Shown: piece by piece, positions 25,893-36,436 of the stretch | Layout of the letters: every line of letters starts with the position of its first letter | How positions within the stretch are numbered: the first letter of the stretch is position 1 | NCBI GenBank assembly: GCA_964532215.1 | Contig: CAZHHU010000001.1 | Location: forward strand, 10,971-64,820 | Origin: an uncultured Geminicoccaceae bacterium | GTDB lineage: Bacteria; Pseudomonadota; Alphaproteobacteria; Geminicoccales; Geminicoccaceae | Direction: 5' to 3' | Length of the DNA: 53,850 nt | Position numbers and translations under genes: made by a program | The notes under the pieces: generated by a model | What the model saw: the letters and a program-made list of their open reading frames with translations, nothing else | Told to the model about the DNA's origin: nothing | The model's database searches: none

Positions 25893-27418
25893 GCGAGATC
25901 GGGCAGGAAGGTGGACAGCGCCGGAATGTAGGTGACGAAGGCGAGGAACAGCAGCAGGATCAGCAGCCACGGCAGCGCCGCCCGCACCACCTGCAGCACC
26001 GGCATGCCGGTGATACCCGAAGTCACGAAGAGATTGAGCCCCACGGGCGGGGTGATCATGCCGATCTCCATGTTCACGACCATGATGATGCCGAGGTGGA
26101 TCGGGTCGATGCCGAGCTCGAGCGCGATCGGGAACAGGATCGGCGCCATGATGAGCAGGATCGCCGAGGGCTCCATGAAGTTCCCCGCGATCAGGAGCAG
26201 TATGTTGACGACGATGAGATAGGACCACCAGTCGAAGCCCGCTTCCACGATCCACTGCGTGATCGTGTGCGGGATGCGCTCGGTGGTCAGCACATGGGCG
26301 AACAGCATCGCATTGGCGATGATGAACAGGAGCATGATCGTCGTCCGCCCGGCCTCGAGCATGACCCGGCGGGTGTCGCGATGGACCATGGCCCAGGGGA
26401 GATACAGCAGCAGCTCCCCCAGCGAGCGCAGGAGCGCGGCGAGCGGCCGCTGTACGCCCCGGGCCGGCGCGAGCAGCAGATAGGCGAGCAGGAAGCCGGC
26501 GGTGAGCAGGAGGCCGAAGACGGCCCGCTCGCTGCGGAAGGCGCCGCTCCAGAGGCCTCCGACAAAGGTCAGCGCGGCCACCGATGCCACGAGCGCCACG
26601 CCATGCGTCGTGGTCGCGCCGGCGCGCGCCGCGAGCGGCCCCATGTCGCGGTACACGAAGCAGGCGATGAGGAAGGCATAGACCGCGGAGACCGCGGCCG
26701 CCTCGGTGGGGGTGAAGATGCCGCCGTAGATGCCGCCCATGATGATGACGATGAGCAGAAGCCCCCAGATGCTCTCTCCGAGCCCCTCGAACCAGACCGC
26801 CCAGGAGACGCGGGGCTGGCGCGGCAGATCGAGCATGCGGGCGCGGATCGCGATCGCCGCCATGAGCATGAGACCGGCGATGATGCCGGGGACGACACCG
26901 GCGAGAAACAGCCGCCCTACCGACTGGTCGGTGGCCGCCGCGTAGACGACCATGACGATCGACGGCGGGATGAGAATGCCGAGCGTGCCCGCATTGGAGA
27001 TGACCCCGGCGGCGAATTCGAGCCGGTAGCCCGCCTGCACCATGGCGGCGATGGCGATCGAGCCGATCGCCACCACGGTAGCCGGCGAGGAGCCGGAGAC
27101 GGCGGCGAACAGCATGCAGGCGAGGACTCCGGCCATCGCCAGCCCGCCGCGATAGTGACCGACGCTCGCGATCGCGAAGTCGATGAGCCGTCGCGCCACG
27201 CCGCCGGTGGTGAGGAAGGCGGAGGCGAGGATGAAGAAGGGAATGGCCAGGAGCGTGTAATGCTCCATGGTCTCGAACAGCTTGAGCGCGATCGAGGCGA
27301 GGCTGTCCTCCGAGAACAAGAGGATCACGAGGACGCTCGAGAGACCGAGCGCGATCGCGATCGGTGTGCCGATGAGCAGGAGCAGGAACAGCGTCAGGAA
27401 GAGGGTCGCGATCGCCAC
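25871..27418 (-). CDS. dctM: TRAP transporter large permease (DctM family), unusually long (516 aa)
   Basis: ORF 25871..27517. GTG at 27418 lies 1 nt after the dctQ stop. FETMEHYTLLAIPFFILA, SGSSPATVVAIGSI, GILIPPSI, FMEPSAILLIMAPILFP, ITPPVGLNLFV. Confidence 0.9.
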   Translation of the reverse strand: MAIATLFLTLFLLLLIGTPIAIALGLSSVLVILLFSEDSLASIALKLFETMEHYTLLAIPFFILASAFLTTGGVARRLIDFAIASVGHYRGGLAMAGVLACMLFAAVSGSSPATVVAIGSIAIAAMVQAGYRLEFAAGVISNAGTLGILIPPSIVMVVYAAATDQSVGRLFLAGVVPGIIAGLMLMAAIAIRARMLDLPRQPRVSWAVWFEGLGESIWGLLLIVIIMGGIYGGIFTPTEAAAVSAVYAFLIACFVYRDMGPLAARAGATTTHGVALVASVAALTFVGGLWSGAFRSERAVFGLLLTAGFLLAYLLLAPARGVQRPLAALLRSLGELLLYLPWAMVHRDTRRVMLEAGRTTIMLLFIIANAMLFAHVLTTERIPHTITQWIVEAGFDWWSYLIVVNILLLIAGNFMEPSAILLIMAPILFPIALELGIDPIHLGIIMVVNMEIGMITPPVGLNLFVTSGITGMPVLQVVRAALPWLLILLLFLAFVTYIPALSTFLPDLAYGPLRL

Positions 27419-27419
27419 C

Positions 27420-27977
27420 TCAGTCTTCGCTCCTCTCGCCCGCGGGCGGCCGTCTTCCCAGGATCTCGCGGATCGTGTCCCGGGCCTCGTCGGCGAGCAG
27501 CGAGCTGCGCCGGCCACGCAGGATGGCGAACCCCGCCTCGAGCAGCCGCAGGATCAGAAGCAGCATGCCGATGACGAGGACGCCGTAGGGAATCCAGCGG
27601 GGTACGGGAAGGTCCACGGCAGCGATGCCGAGCCGGTAGAGCTTGGCGACATAGGTCCAGGCGCCGGCGAGCACGAGCACCGCATAGGCGAGACCGGCGA
27701 CCACGCCGAGAAGACCGAAGAGACGCTGCGCCCCGGTGGGCAGGAGCTTGACGAAGGCGTCGACGCCGAGATGTGCCGAGCGCCGCACGCCGTAGGAGAC
27801 ACCCAGCAGCACGAGCCAGGCGAAGGCGAAGGTGGTGAGCTCGAGCGCCCACACGGCGCCGGCGTTGAAGACGTAGCGGGCCACGACCTGGGAGAAGGTC
27901 ACGAGGACCATGACGGCGAACAGGAGCGTGAGGAGGATCTCCTCGAGCTCCGCGAGAAGGCGTGCGAGACGACGCAT
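27420..27977 (-). CDS. dctQ: TRAP transporter small permease (DctQ family)
   Basis: ORF 27420..28100, with the ATG at 27977 (MRRLARLLAELEEILLTLLFAVMVLVTFSQVVARYVF...). Four TM helices, located between dctP and dctM. Confidence 0.85.
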   Translation of the reverse strand: MRRLARLLAELEEILLTLLFAVMVLVTFSQVVARYVFNAGAVWALELTTFAFAWLVLLGVSYGVRRSAHLGVDAFVKLLPTGAQRLFGLLGVVAGLAYAVLVLAGAWTYVAKLYRLGIAAVDLPVPRWIPYGVLVIGMLLLILRLLEAGFAILRGRRSSLLADEARDTIREILGRRPPAGERSED

Positions 27978-28027
27978 GGTCCGGGACGGGCGGCGGGATG
28001 CTCCGGCATCCCGCCGCGGACTTCCGC

Positions 28028-29026
28028 TCAGGAACCCCGGTTGGCCGCGAGGGCCGCTTCGAGCACGTCCTCGCCGATGTCGCCCTTGAACTTCTCCCAC
28101 ACCGGCAGCATCGCCTTGCGCCAGGCCTCGCGCTGCTCGGGGGTGAGCGCGCGGACCTCGACGCCCGCCTCGATGATCTTCTGCTTCGCCTCCTCGTTCA
28201 GCCTGGCGGCGGTGGAATTCGCAAGCTCCGTGGCCTTGTCCAGACAGGCGCGAAGCTCGCCGCGGATGTCGTCGGGAAGCCCGTCCCAGAATTCCTTGCT
28301 CGTCACCACGAGGTAGGAAATGATGCCGTGGTTCGACTCCGTGATGCCGTCCTGCACCTCATAGAACTTCTTGGTGTAGATGTTCGTCCAGGTGTTCTCC
28401 TGACCGTCCACCACCCCCTGCTGCAGGGCGCCGTAAACCTCGGAGAAGGCCATCTTCTGCGGCACCGCGCCGAGGGCCTCGAACTGCGCCTGCAGCACGT
28501 CGGATTGCTGGATGCGGAACTTGAGCCCCTTGGCGTCCTCGGGCACGAGCAGCGGCCTGTTGGCGGAGATCTGCTTCATGCCGTTGATCCAGTAGTCGAG
28601 GCCGACGAGCCCCTTGTCCTCCATCGCATGCAGGAGCTCGCGTCCCTTGTCGCTCTTCATGAAGCGCAGCACCGCGTCGAGATCGTCGAACAGGAAGGGG
28701 AGATCGAACACGCGGTACTTGAGGGTGAAGCGCTCGAACTTGGACAGCGAGGGGGCGGCCATCTGCACGTCCCCGAGCAGCAGCGCCTCCAGCACCTTGT
28801 TGTCGTTGTAGAGCTGGGAGTTCGGGTAGACTTCGACCCGCACCCGGCCCTTGAGGTTCTCCTTGCCGTTCACGCAGTCGGCGAAGGCCTGGGCTGCGAG
28901 TCCCTTGGGGTGGTTCGTCGGTGAGACCACGTGGCTGAACTTGATCACGATCTCGGCCCGGGCCGCACCCGCCACCAGGGCAGCGAGGAGGGCAGCCGAT
29001 CCGAGCAATCTGGCGACCGCGGTCAT
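28028..29026 (-). CDS. dctP: TRAP transporter substrate-binding protein (DctP family)
   Basis: Signal peptide MTAVARLLGSAALLAALVAGAARA. IKFSHVVSPTNHPKG, QLYNDNKVLEALLLGDVQMAAPSLSKF, GLDYWINGMKQI. Confidence 0.92.
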   Translation of the reverse strand: MTAVARLLGSAALLAALVAGAARAEIVIKFSHVVSPTNHPKGLAAQAFADCVNGKENLKGRVRVEVYPNSQLYNDNKVLEALLLGDVQMAAPSLSKFERFTLKYRVFDLPFLFDDLDAVLRFMKSDKGRELLHAMEDKGLVGLDYWINGMKQISANRPLLVPEDAKGLKFRIQQSDVLQAQFEALGAVPQKMAFSEVYGALQQGVVDGQENTWTNIYTKKFYEVQDGITESNHGIISYLVVTSKEFWDGLPDDIRGELRACLDKATELANSTAARLNEEAKQKIIEAGVEVRALTPEQREAWRKAMLPVWEKFKGDIGEDVLEAALAANRGS

Positions 29027-29239
29027 GACGTCATCTCCCTCTCGGCTGTGATCCGGCCCAGGAGCCGCGCCTCCGGCTCTCGAGCTGATCGCTGTTTAGC
29101 AGAGGCGGATCCTTCGCGACAGCTGCGCGAAGGACGGTACCCGGCCGGAGGCCGCGTTGCGCATGCGGTTGAATTCTGTCATGCTGCGGACTAGCTCGAT
29201 GCCCCCGAGGGAGGGGTGTGCAACGCGCGAGGAGTTCCC

Positions 29240-29488
29240 ATGAGCATCGGCATCTGGCAGGTGGTCCTGATCCTGCTCATCGTCCTCATCCTCTTCGGCG
29301 CCGGCAAGCTGCCGAAGGTGATGGGCGACCTGGCCAAGGGCGTGCGCAACTTCAAGAAGGGTCTGCAGGAGGACGAGGAGGAGGAAGCGGCGAAGCCGAA
29401 GCCGATCCCCGCCGAGGAAGAGGCCGGGGCTTCGGCAGCGCCGGTCGTGGAGGCCACGGTCCACAAGGACGAGCCCGCGAAGAGCTGA
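29240..29488 (+). CDS. tatA: twin-arginine translocase subunit TatA
   Basis: Track ORF 29216..29488, with the ATG at 29240. MSIGIWQVVLILLIVLILFGAGKLPKVMGDLAKGVRNFKKG. Confidence 0.92.
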   Translation: MSIGIWQVVLILLIVLILFGAGKLPKVMGDLAKGVRNFKKGLQEDEEEEAAKPKPIPAEEEAGASAAPVVEATVHKDEPAKS

Positions 29489-29515
29489 TCCGGGCCGCGG
29501 CGCGCGGAGCCCGCG

Positions 29516-29917
29516 ATGTTCGACGTCGGCTGGTCCGAAATGTTCATCATTCTGCTGGTGGCGATCCTCGTCATCGGCCCCCGGGACCTGCCGAAAGTGG
29601 CGCGGACCGTAGGCCGCTGGATGGGCAAGGCGCGCGCCATGGCGCGCGAGTTCCAGCGCTCCCTCGACGACATGATGCGCGAAGCGGAGCTCGACGAACT
29701 CAAGAAACAGATCGAGAAGGTGGGAAGCGGAGATCTCGGCAGCGCCATCGACCGCACCGTCGATCCCGGCGGAGAGATCTCAAAGGCGCTCGACTTCTCG
29801 GATGTCGGCCGCAGCGAGAGCAAGGAGCCGCAGGCCGCGATGGAGAAGCGGCGGGAGGCCTCGGAGGGTGAGGCCGAGGCGCCGGATGCCGAACTGCCGC
29901 AGCCGGAAAAGAGCTGA
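29516..29917 (+). CDS. tatB: twin-arginine translocase subunit TatB
   Basis: MFDVGWSEMFIILLVAILVIGPRDLPKVARTVGRWMGKARAMAREFQ. Confidence 0.9.
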   Translation: MFDVGWSEMFIILLVAILVIGPRDLPKVARTVGRWMGKARAMAREFQRSLDDMMREAELDELKKQIEKVGSGDLGSAIDRTVDPGGEISKALDFSDVGRSESKEPQAAMEKRREASEGEAEAPDAELPQPEKS

Positions 29918-29923
29918 CGCCAG

Positions 29924-30763
29924 GTGCTCAAGATCAAGGACATCGACGATCGCGAGATGCCGCTGCTCGATCACCTGATCGAGCTGCGGAACCGTCTCAT
30001 GTACTCGGCGATCGCGATACTGCTCGGCTTCGTCGTATGCTACTTCTTCGCCGACGACATCTACCGCTTCCTCACCGCACCGCTTGCCGACATCTGCCTC
30101 CACAACGTGCGCGCGGACCAGAAACCGCTCTGCTCGCGCATGATCTACACCGGCCTCACCGAGGCCTTCTTCACCTACCTCAAGGTCGCCTTCTTCGCCG
30201 GCGCCTTCATCACTTTTCCCTTCGTGGCCACGCAGCTCTGGCTGTTCATTGCACCGGGGCTCTACCGGCATGAAAAGGAGGCGCTGCTGCCCTTCCTCGT
30301 CGCCACGCCGGTGCTGTTCTTCCTCGGCGGGGCGGTCGTCTACTACTTCATCTTCCCCCTCGCCTGGCGCTTCTTCCTGAGCTTCCAGACGCCGGGCAGC
30401 GAAGGCAGCCTGCCGATCGAGCTCGAGGCCCGGGTGGGCGAATACCTCGACCTCGTCATGAAGCTCATCTTCGCCTTCGGCATCTGTTTCCAGCTGCCGG
30501 TGGCGCTCACCCTCATGGGCCGGGTCGGGCTCGTCTCCTCCAAGGGGCTCGCGCGCAACCGCAAATACGCCATCGTCGCCGTGTTCGCCGTGGCGGCCGT
30601 GCTCACGCCGCCGGACGTGATCAGTCAGATCGGTCTCGCCCTTCCCATTCTCCTCCTCTACGAGGCCTCCATCTTCATGGTGCGCATGGCGGAGAAACGC
30701 CGCCGCGAGGCGGAAGAGGAGGACGAGGAGGAAGAGGAAGCGGAGAAACCGGTCTCCGGCTGA
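29924..30763 (+). CDS. tatC: twin-arginine translocase subunit TatC
   Basis: GTG start. MPLLDHLIELRNRL, six TM helices, FQLPV, LTPPDVISQ. Acidic C-terminal tail EEEDEEEEEAEK. Confidence 0.95.
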   Translation: MLKIKDIDDREMPLLDHLIELRNRLMYSAIAILLGFVVCYFFADDIYRFLTAPLADICLHNVRADQKPLCSRMIYTGLTEAFFTYLKVAFFAGAFITFPFVATQLWLFIAPGLYRHEKEALLPFLVATPVLFFLGGAVVYYFIFPLAWRFFLSFQTPGSEGSLPIELEARVGEYLDLVMKLIFAFGICFQLPVALTLMGRVGLVSSKGLARNRKYAIVAVFAVAAVLTPPDVISQIGLALPILLLYEASIFMVRMAEKRRREAEEEDEEEEEAEKPVSG

Positions 30764-30820
30764 GCGCGTCCCCTCTCTCCGTCCGTCCCTTAGTCATTCC
30801 AGACCGCGCGGGGATCCGTC

Positions 30821-32095
30821 GTGATCGACCTCAGATGGTTGCGTGAACATCCGGAAGAGTACGACCGCATTCTGGCCCGCCGCGGCCACCCGCCGGCGGC
30901 GCGGGAGGTGCTCGAGCTGGATGCGGAAAAGCGGGCGGTGGAAACCCGGCTTCAGGAAGGCCAGGCGGCGCGCAACCGCATCTCGCGCGAGATCGGCGAA
31001 CGCAAGCGTCGCGGCGAGGACGTCTCCGCGCTGCTCGCCGAGGTCGCCCGCCTCAAGGAGGGCATCCGCGTGGATGAGGAGCGCCTCAGGGAACTGACCG
31101 AGCGGCTCGAACGGCGCCTCGCGGAGCTGCCCAACCTGCTCGCCGAGGACGTCCCCGAGGGCCCGGACGAGAGCGGCAACCGGCTCGAGCGGGAGTGGGG
31201 GCGCGTGCGGGATTTCACCTTCACGCCGCGCGAGCACGACGCGCTCGGGGCGCGGCTCGGGATGGACTTCGCCTCGGCGGCGAGGCTCTCGGGAGCGCGC
31301 TTCGTCGTGCTCTGGGACCAGCTCGCGCGGCTCGAGCGGGCGCTTGCCCAGTTCATGCTCGATCTCCATCTGCGCGAGCACGGCTACCGCGAGGTATGGG
31401 TGCCCTATCTCGTGCGCGAGGCGGCGGTGTTCGGCACCGGTCAGCTGCCCAAGTTCGCGGACGACCTGTTCCGCACCACCGACGGCTACTGGCTCATCCC
31501 CACGGCCGAGGTCTCGCTCACCAACCTCGTCGCCGGGCGGATCCTCGCCGAGCGGGAGCTGCCGCTCAGACTCGTCGCCGCCACGCCCTGCTTCCGCTCC
31601 GAGGCCGGGGCGGCGGGCAAGGACACCCGGGGCATGATCCGCCAGCATCAGTTCGACAAGGTCGAGCTCGTCTCCATCACCGTTCCCGAACGCTCGCGCG
31701 AAGAGCACGAGCGGATGACGGCCTGCGCCGAGGAGGTGCTGAGACGCCTCGATCTGCCTTACCGGGTCATGACCCTCTGCTCCGGCGACACCGGCTTCGC
31801 CGCCATGAAGACGTACGACCTCGAGGTCTGGCTGCCGGGCCAGGGACGCTACCGGGAGATCTCGAGCTGCTCCAACTGCGGCGACTTCCAGGCACGGCGG
31901 ATGAACGCGCGTTATCGACCCGAGGGCGAGAAGCGTCCGCGCTTCGTCCACACCCTGAACGGCTCGGGTGTCGCCGTCGGACGCTGCCTCGTCGCGGTAC
32001 TCGAAAACTACCAGCAGGAAGACGGAAGCGTGGTCGTGCCCGAGGCGCTGCGGCCCTACATGAGCGGCATCGCGCGGATCGAACCCCATGACTGA
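30821..32095 (+). CDS. serS: serine--tRNA ligase
   Basis: [14 protein letters not shown], an N-terminal coiled-coil arm, and class II motifs [25 protein letters not shown] and [18 protein letters not shown]. Confidence 0.97.
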   Translation: MIDLRWLREHPEEYDRILARRGHPPAAREVLELDAEKRAVETRLQEGQAARNRISREIGERKRRGEDVSALLAEVARLKEGIRVDEERLRELTERLERRLAELPNLLAEDVPEGPDESGNRLEREWGRVRDFTFTPREHDALGARLGMDFASAARLSGARFVVLWDQLARLERALAQFMLDLHLREHGYREVWVPYLVREAAVFGTGQLPKFADDLFRTTDGYWLIPTAEVSLTNLVAGRILAERELPLRLVAATPCFRSEAGAAGKDTRGMIRQHQFDKVELVSITVPERSREEHERMTACAEEVLRRLDLPYRVMTLCSGDTGFAAMKTYDLEVWLPGQGRYREISSCSNCGDFQARRMNARYRPEGEKRPRFVHTLNGSGVAVGRCLVAVLENYQQEDGSVVVPEALRPYMSGIARIEPHD

Positions 32096-32882
32096 TCCGG
32101 TGCGAGCGCGGCGCATCCTCGTCACCAACGACGACGGCATCCACGCCCACGGGCTCAGGGTGCTCGAGCGGATCGCACGGCGGATCGGCGAGGAGGTGTG
32201 GGTCGTGGCGCCGGAGACGGACCAGAGCGGCGCCGGCCATTCCCTGACCCTGCGGCGGCCGCTTCGCATCCGGCGCGTCTCCCACCGCCGCTTCGCCGTC
32301 GACGGCACGCCCACGGACTGCGTGCTGCTCGGGCTCCAGCATATCCTCGACGCCCCCGCCGATCTCGTGCTCTCGGGCATCAACGCGGGGGCCAATCTCG
32401 GCGAAGACGTGACCTATTCCGGCACCGTCGCCGCCGCCATGGAGGCGACGCTTCTCGGCGTGCGGGCGGTCGCCCTGTCCCAGGCCTGCGACGATCGCAG
32501 CCGCGTCCACTGGTCGACCGCGGAGACATTCGCCTTCCCGGTGCTCGAACGGCTGCTCGCCGTTCCCTGGGAGCAAGGGGTGTTCATGAACGTCAACTTC
32601 CCCGACCGCCCCGTCGCTGCCGTGCGGGGGCTGCAGATCACCCGCCAGGGGCGGCGGAAGATCGGCGATCATCTCGTCGAACGCATCGATCCGCGCGGCG
32701 ATCCCTACATCTGGATCGGCGCGCTGCGCGGGGACGACCGCCATGCGGAGGGAACCGACCTCGCCGCGATCGCGGCGGGCTGTGTGTCCATTACGCCCGT
32801 CCAGCTCGACATGACCCACTGCGGAAGCCTCGAGCTCTTGCGCCGCACCTTCGATTCATGGCAGAGGATGGCGGCGGAGTGA
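32088..32882 (+). CDS. surE: 5'/3'-nucleotidase SurE
   Basis: [39 protein letters not shown]. 8-nt overlap with serS. Confidence 0.95.
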   Translation: MTDPVRARRILVTNDDGIHAHGLRVLERIARRIGEEVWVVAPETDQSGAGHSLTLRRPLRIRRVSHRRFAVDGTPTDCVLLGLQHILDAPADLVLSGINAGANLGEDVTYSGTVAAAMEATLLGVRAVALSQACDDRSRVHWSTAETFAFPVLERLLAVPWEQGVFMNVNFPDRPVAAVRGLQITRQGRRKIGDHLVERIDPRGDPYIWIGALRGDDRHAEGTDLAAIAAGCVSITPVQLDMTHCGSLELLRRTFDSWQRMAAE

Positions 32883-33012
32883 AACGCCTCCCATGAACGT
32901 TCCGAGGGCGAGCGGCACCGCACCTCGGAAGCCGGACAGAGCCCAGACGTGCCGCGGGGTGGGGGAAGGCCGTCCGACAGCAGCGAGACGGGGTTGGACG
33001 GTTCGGGTGCAG

Positions 33013-34026
33013 ATGAACAACGATCAACGGGTCCCGCAGACGGTCCGGTTCGCTGCGGTTCTCTGCCTCACCCTCGTGGTTGCTGCCTGCAGCGACTACC
33101 GCCCCCTTTCCTGGGACGAGGGGGTGAGCTGGGCGCGGGCACGACAGCTCGCCAATCTCGGCGTCGCCGAAGCCCGCCGGGGTTCCGCCGCCCGCGCGCG
33201 GCGGCATCTCGTGATGCCCGGGGACACCGTGATCGGCATCGCCAGACGTTACGGCATTCCCGTCAAGCGTCTCATTGCCCTCAACGGGCTCGAGCCTCCC
33301 TACCGCATCTACGTGGGCCAGGTGCTCCGCCTCGAGGGCGAGGTGCGGCGGCCGCGGGGCCGCTATCACGTGGTGGCGCGGGGCGAGACCCTCTCCCACA
33401 TCGCGCTTCGCTACGGCCTGCGGGTGTCGGACCTTGTCGCCGCAAATCCCGGCATCGAGCCGAGGCGGCTGTTCGTCGGCCAGCGCATCCGGCTGCCCGA
33501 AGGTGCAGAACGGTCGGCAACGCGGCGCATCGCCCGCCTCGAGCCGCGGGAGGAGGTGAAGCGGCGGGAGGCCCGAGCGCGGGTCCGCGAGGCGTCGCGC
33601 ATCACCGCGCCGCCGCTCTCCGGCCGCGGCTTTCTGTGGCCCGTCGAGGGGCCGATCCTCGCCCGTTTCGGCAAGCGCGCAAATGGCCTGCGCAATGACG
33701 GTATCAACATCGCGGCACCCGAGGGAACGCCGGTGCGGGCGGCCGAGAGCGGCGTCGTCGTCTATGCGGGCGATGCGATCCCGGCCTTCGGGCGCATGCT
33801 CATCATCCGCCACGCGGATGGCTATCTGACGGCCTATGCCCACAATGCGACGCTGCTCGTGAGCGTCGGCGACGTGGTGCGGCGGGGACAGACGATCGCC
33901 CGCGTCGGGCATACCGGCGATGTCGCGACGCCGCAGCTTCACTTCCAGCTCCGCCGCGGCAGCCGTCCCCTGGACCCCCTCGCCTATCTCGGCAAGCCCG
34001 CGCATCTCGCCGCCCGCGGCTCTTGA
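33013..34026 (+). CDS. nlpD: LysM-domain M23 peptidase lipoprotein (NlpD-like)
   Basis: Track ORF 32893..34026. ATG at 33013 gives the lipobox LTLVVAAC. Two LysM repeats ([29 protein letters not shown]; [30 protein letters not shown]). M23 domain [22 protein letters not shown]...[14 protein letters not shown]. Confidence 0.88.
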   Translation: MNNDQRVPQTVRFAAVLCLTLVVAACSDYRPLSWDEGVSWARARQLANLGVAEARRGSAARARRHLVMPGDTVIGIARRYGIPVKRLIALNGLEPPYRIYVGQVLRLEGEVRRPRGRYHVVARGETLSHIALRYGLRVSDLVAANPGIEPRRLFVGQRIRLPEGAERSATRRIARLEPREEVKRREARARVREASRITAPPLSGRGFLWPVEGPILARFGKRANGLRNDGINIAAPEGTPVRAAESGVVVYAGDAIPAFGRMLIIRHADGYLTAYAHNATLLVSVGDVVRRGQTIARVGHTGDVATPQLHFQLRRGSRPLDPLAYLGKPAHLAARGS

Positions 34027-34091
34027 CCCCCCGCGGCCCGGCGCCACATGCGGAACGGCCCATCGGGCCGGCTGTGGAGGAACGCGTCATC

Positions 34092-34643
34092 ATGGCGAGA
34101 TCCGATCGCTGGCACGGCACCACGATCCTGTCGGTGCGCAAGGGCGCGGAGGTCGTCGTCGCCGGAGACGGGCAGGTCAGCCTCGAGCAGACCATCGTCA
34201 AGGGCAATGCGCGCAAGGTGCGCCGCATCGGCGACGGCAACGTGATCGTCGGCTTCGCGGGCACGACCGCCGACGCCTTCACCCTGCTCGAGCGCCTCGA
34301 ATCCAAGCTCGAGCGGCATCCGGGCCAGCTGCTGCGCGCCTGCGTGGAACTCGCCAAGGACTGGCGCACGGACCGCTATCTGCGGCGGCTCGAGGCCATG
34401 ATGGCGGTGGCCGATGCCGAGATTTCGCTGCTCCTTACCGGTGCCGGCGACGTCCTCGAGCCCGAGGACGGGCTCATCGGCATCGGCTCGGGCGGCAACT
34501 ACGCGCTTGCCGCAGCGCGGGCGCTGCTCGACATCGAAGGGCTGTCGGCGGAGCAGATCGCCCGCAGGGCGCTGTCCATCGCCGCGGACATCTGCGTCTA
34601 CACCAACCACGCGATCACGATCGAGAAGATCGAACGGCGATGA
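34092..34643 (+). CDS. hslV: ATP-dependent protease subunit HslV
   Basis: Track ORF 34023..34643, with the ATG at 34092. [67 protein letters not shown]. Confidence 0.96.
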   Translation: MARSDRWHGTTILSVRKGAEVVVAGDGQVSLEQTIVKGNARKVRRIGDGNVIVGFAGTTADAFTLLERLESKLERHPGQLLRACVELAKDWRTDRYLRRLEAMMAVADAEISLLLTGAGDVLEPEDGLIGIGSGGNYALAAARALLDIEGLSAEQIARRALSIAADICVYTNHAITIEKIERR

Positions 34644-35950
34644 CGACCCTCACCCCCCGCGAGATCGTCTCCGAACTCGACCGCTTCATCGTCGGCCAGC
34701 AGCAGGCCAAGAAGGCGGTCGCGATCGCGCTCCGCAACCGCTGGCGGCGCCAGCAGCTCGACGAGAGCCTGCGCGAGGAGGTGCTGCCCAAGAACATCCT
34801 CATGATCGGGCCCACGGGCTGCGGCAAGACGGAGATCGCGCGGCGCCTGGCCCGCCTCGCCCAGGCCCCCTTCCTGAAAGTGGAGGCGACCAAGTTCACC
34901 GAGGTGGGCTATGTGGGGCGCGACGTGGAGAGCATCGTGCGCGATCTCGTCGAGATCGCGGTCAAGATGACGCGCGATCGGCTGCGGCGTGAGGTCCGCG
35001 CTCAGGCCGAGCGCAACGCCGAGGAACGGGTGCTGGATGCCCTCGTGGGACCCGCGGCGCATCGCGAGACGCGGGAGAAGTTCCGCCGCATGCTCCGCGA
35101 GGGTGCGCTTGCGGATCGCGAGGTGGAGCTCGAACTCCTGGATACCTCCGGTGCGAGTCTCCCCACCTTCGAGATTCCGGGCATGCCGGGATCCCAGGTG
35201 GGCATGATCAACCTCGGCGACATCCTGGGCAAGGCGTTCGGCCCCCGCACCCGCAAGCGGCGCATGACCGTGGCCGAGAGCTACGACGTCCTCATCGCCG
35301 AGGAGAGCGACAAGCTCATCGACCAGGAACGGGTCGTGCGCGAGGCCATCGAGGCGACCGAGCAGAACGGCATCGTCTTTCTCGACGAGATCGACAAGAT
35401 CACCGCGCGCGAAGGGCGGATGGGCGCCGACGTGAGCCGCGAGGGAGTGCAGCGCGACCTGCTGCCGCTGATCGAAGGGACGTCGGTGGCGACCAAGTAT
35501 GGCGCGGTCAAGACGGACCACATCCTGTTCATCGCCTCCGGCGCCTTCCATCTCGCCAAGCCCTCGGACCTTCTGCCCGAGCTTCAGGGCCGCCTGCCCA
35601 TCCGGGTGGAGCTCAATCCCCTGCGCCGCGAGGATCTGCGCCGCATCCTCGTCGAGCCGGAAGCGAGCCTCGTGCGACAGTACGTGGCGCTGCTCGCGAC
35701 CGAGGGGGTGACGCTCGAGTTCAGCGAGGACGCCCTCGACGAGATCGCGAGCCTCGCGCATGACATCAACAGCAAGGTCGAGAACATCGGTGCCCGCCGG
35801 CTGCAGACGGTGATGGAGAAGCTCGTCGAGGACATCAGCTTCACCGCCTCGGACCGCAGCGGCGAACGCATCCGCATCGACCGCGCCTATGTCCAGCGTC
35901 AGCTGGGCGATCTCGTGGCCGGTGCCGATCTCTCGCGCTTCATCCTCTGA
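34640..35950 (+). CDS. hslU: ATP-dependent protease ATPase subunit HslU
   Basis: Sits in the frame of track ORF 33920..35950. ATGA overlap with the hslV stop. [34 protein letters not shown], Walker [38 protein letters not shown]. Confidence 0.97.
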   Translation: MTTLTPREIVSELDRFIVGQQQAKKAVAIALRNRWRRQQLDESLREEVLPKNILMIGPTGCGKTEIARRLARLAQAPFLKVEATKFTEVGYVGRDVESIVRDLVEIAVKMTRDRLRREVRAQAERNAEERVLDALVGPAAHRETREKFRRMLREGALADREVELELLDTSGASLPTFEIPGMPGSQVGMINLGDILGKAFGPRTRKRRMTVAESYDVLIAEESDKLIDQERVVREAIEATEQNGIVFLDEIDKITAREGRMGADVSREGVQRDLLPLIEGTSVATKYGAVKTDHILFIASGAFHLAKPSDLLPELQGRLPIRVELNPLRREDLRRILVEPEASLVRQYVALLATEGVTLEFSEDALDEIASLAHDINSKVENIGARRLQTVMEKLVEDISFTASDRSGERIRIDRAYVQRQLGDLVAGADLSRFIL

Positions 35951-35971
35951 AGCGGGACCGTCACCGAAGCA

Positions 35972-35997
35972 GAAAGGCCCCGCATCCGGGGCCTTTC
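35972..35997. terminator. bidirectional stem-loop terminator between convergent hslU and phaP
   Basis: GAAAGGCCCCG-CATC-CGGGGCCTTTC, a GC-rich stem flanked by A3/T3 so that either strand reads hairpin + UUUC. The U-tracts are short. Confidence 0.6.
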
Positions 35998-36022
35998 GCG
36001 ATCGCAGCGGAGAATGCCGCGG

Positions 36023-36400
36023 TTACGCCGCGAGCTTGCGCATCTCGTCGAGGTTGGCGGCGGCGCGCTTGACGAGCAGCTCGACGACCTGGCTCTGGGT
36101 CTTGAGCCCGAGGTCGACGGTCTCGCGGATCTGGCCCACCGCCTTCTCCAGCGCCGCCTTCGCCTCCTCGGCGTAGCTCGCGGGCTGCTTCTTGGGATCG
36201 AGGCCCTTCATGAGCTCCTCGGCGCGGGCGATCGCCTCCTCGAACAGCGCCGCCTGGCGCTTTCCGAGGGCGGTCGAGAAATCGAACAGGATCTTCTGGG
36301 CCTGGAACCAGGTCTCGAGGTTCTCCCGCTGGAGCCGGAGCAGGGCCTCGAGATCGAACTTCGGAAGAACGGGTGACACCGTCTGCGCCTTGGCGCTCAT
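36023..36400 (-). CDS. phaP: phasin family protein (PHB granule-associated)
   Basis: 125 aa, all-helical. FDLEALLRLQRENLETWFQAQKILFDFSTALGKRQAALFEEAI is typical of alphaproteobacterial phasins. SD GAGGAGG lies 6 nt before the ATG. Confidence 0.88.
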   Translation of the reverse strand: MSAKAQTVSPVLPKFDLEALLRLQRENLETWFQAQKILFDFSTALGKRQAALFEEAIARAEELMKGLDPKKQPASYAEEAKAALEKAVGQIRETVDLGLKTQSQVVELLVKRAAANLDEMRKLAA

Positions 36401-36436
36401 GGCTTACCTCCTCGCGCGTTTTGCTGCGGCGCAACA

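Noticed and set aside
33920-34639. Long N-terminal extensions in the ORF track: hslU from 33920, eno from 41473, E1alpha from 7402, PQQ-ADH from 10723, ftsB from 42930, cobA from 24627, tpiA from 38184.
   Set aside because: The extensions overlap the preceding genes in another frame and are Arg/Pro-rich. Canonical N-termini with an SD or a 4-nt stop/start overlap exist downstream.
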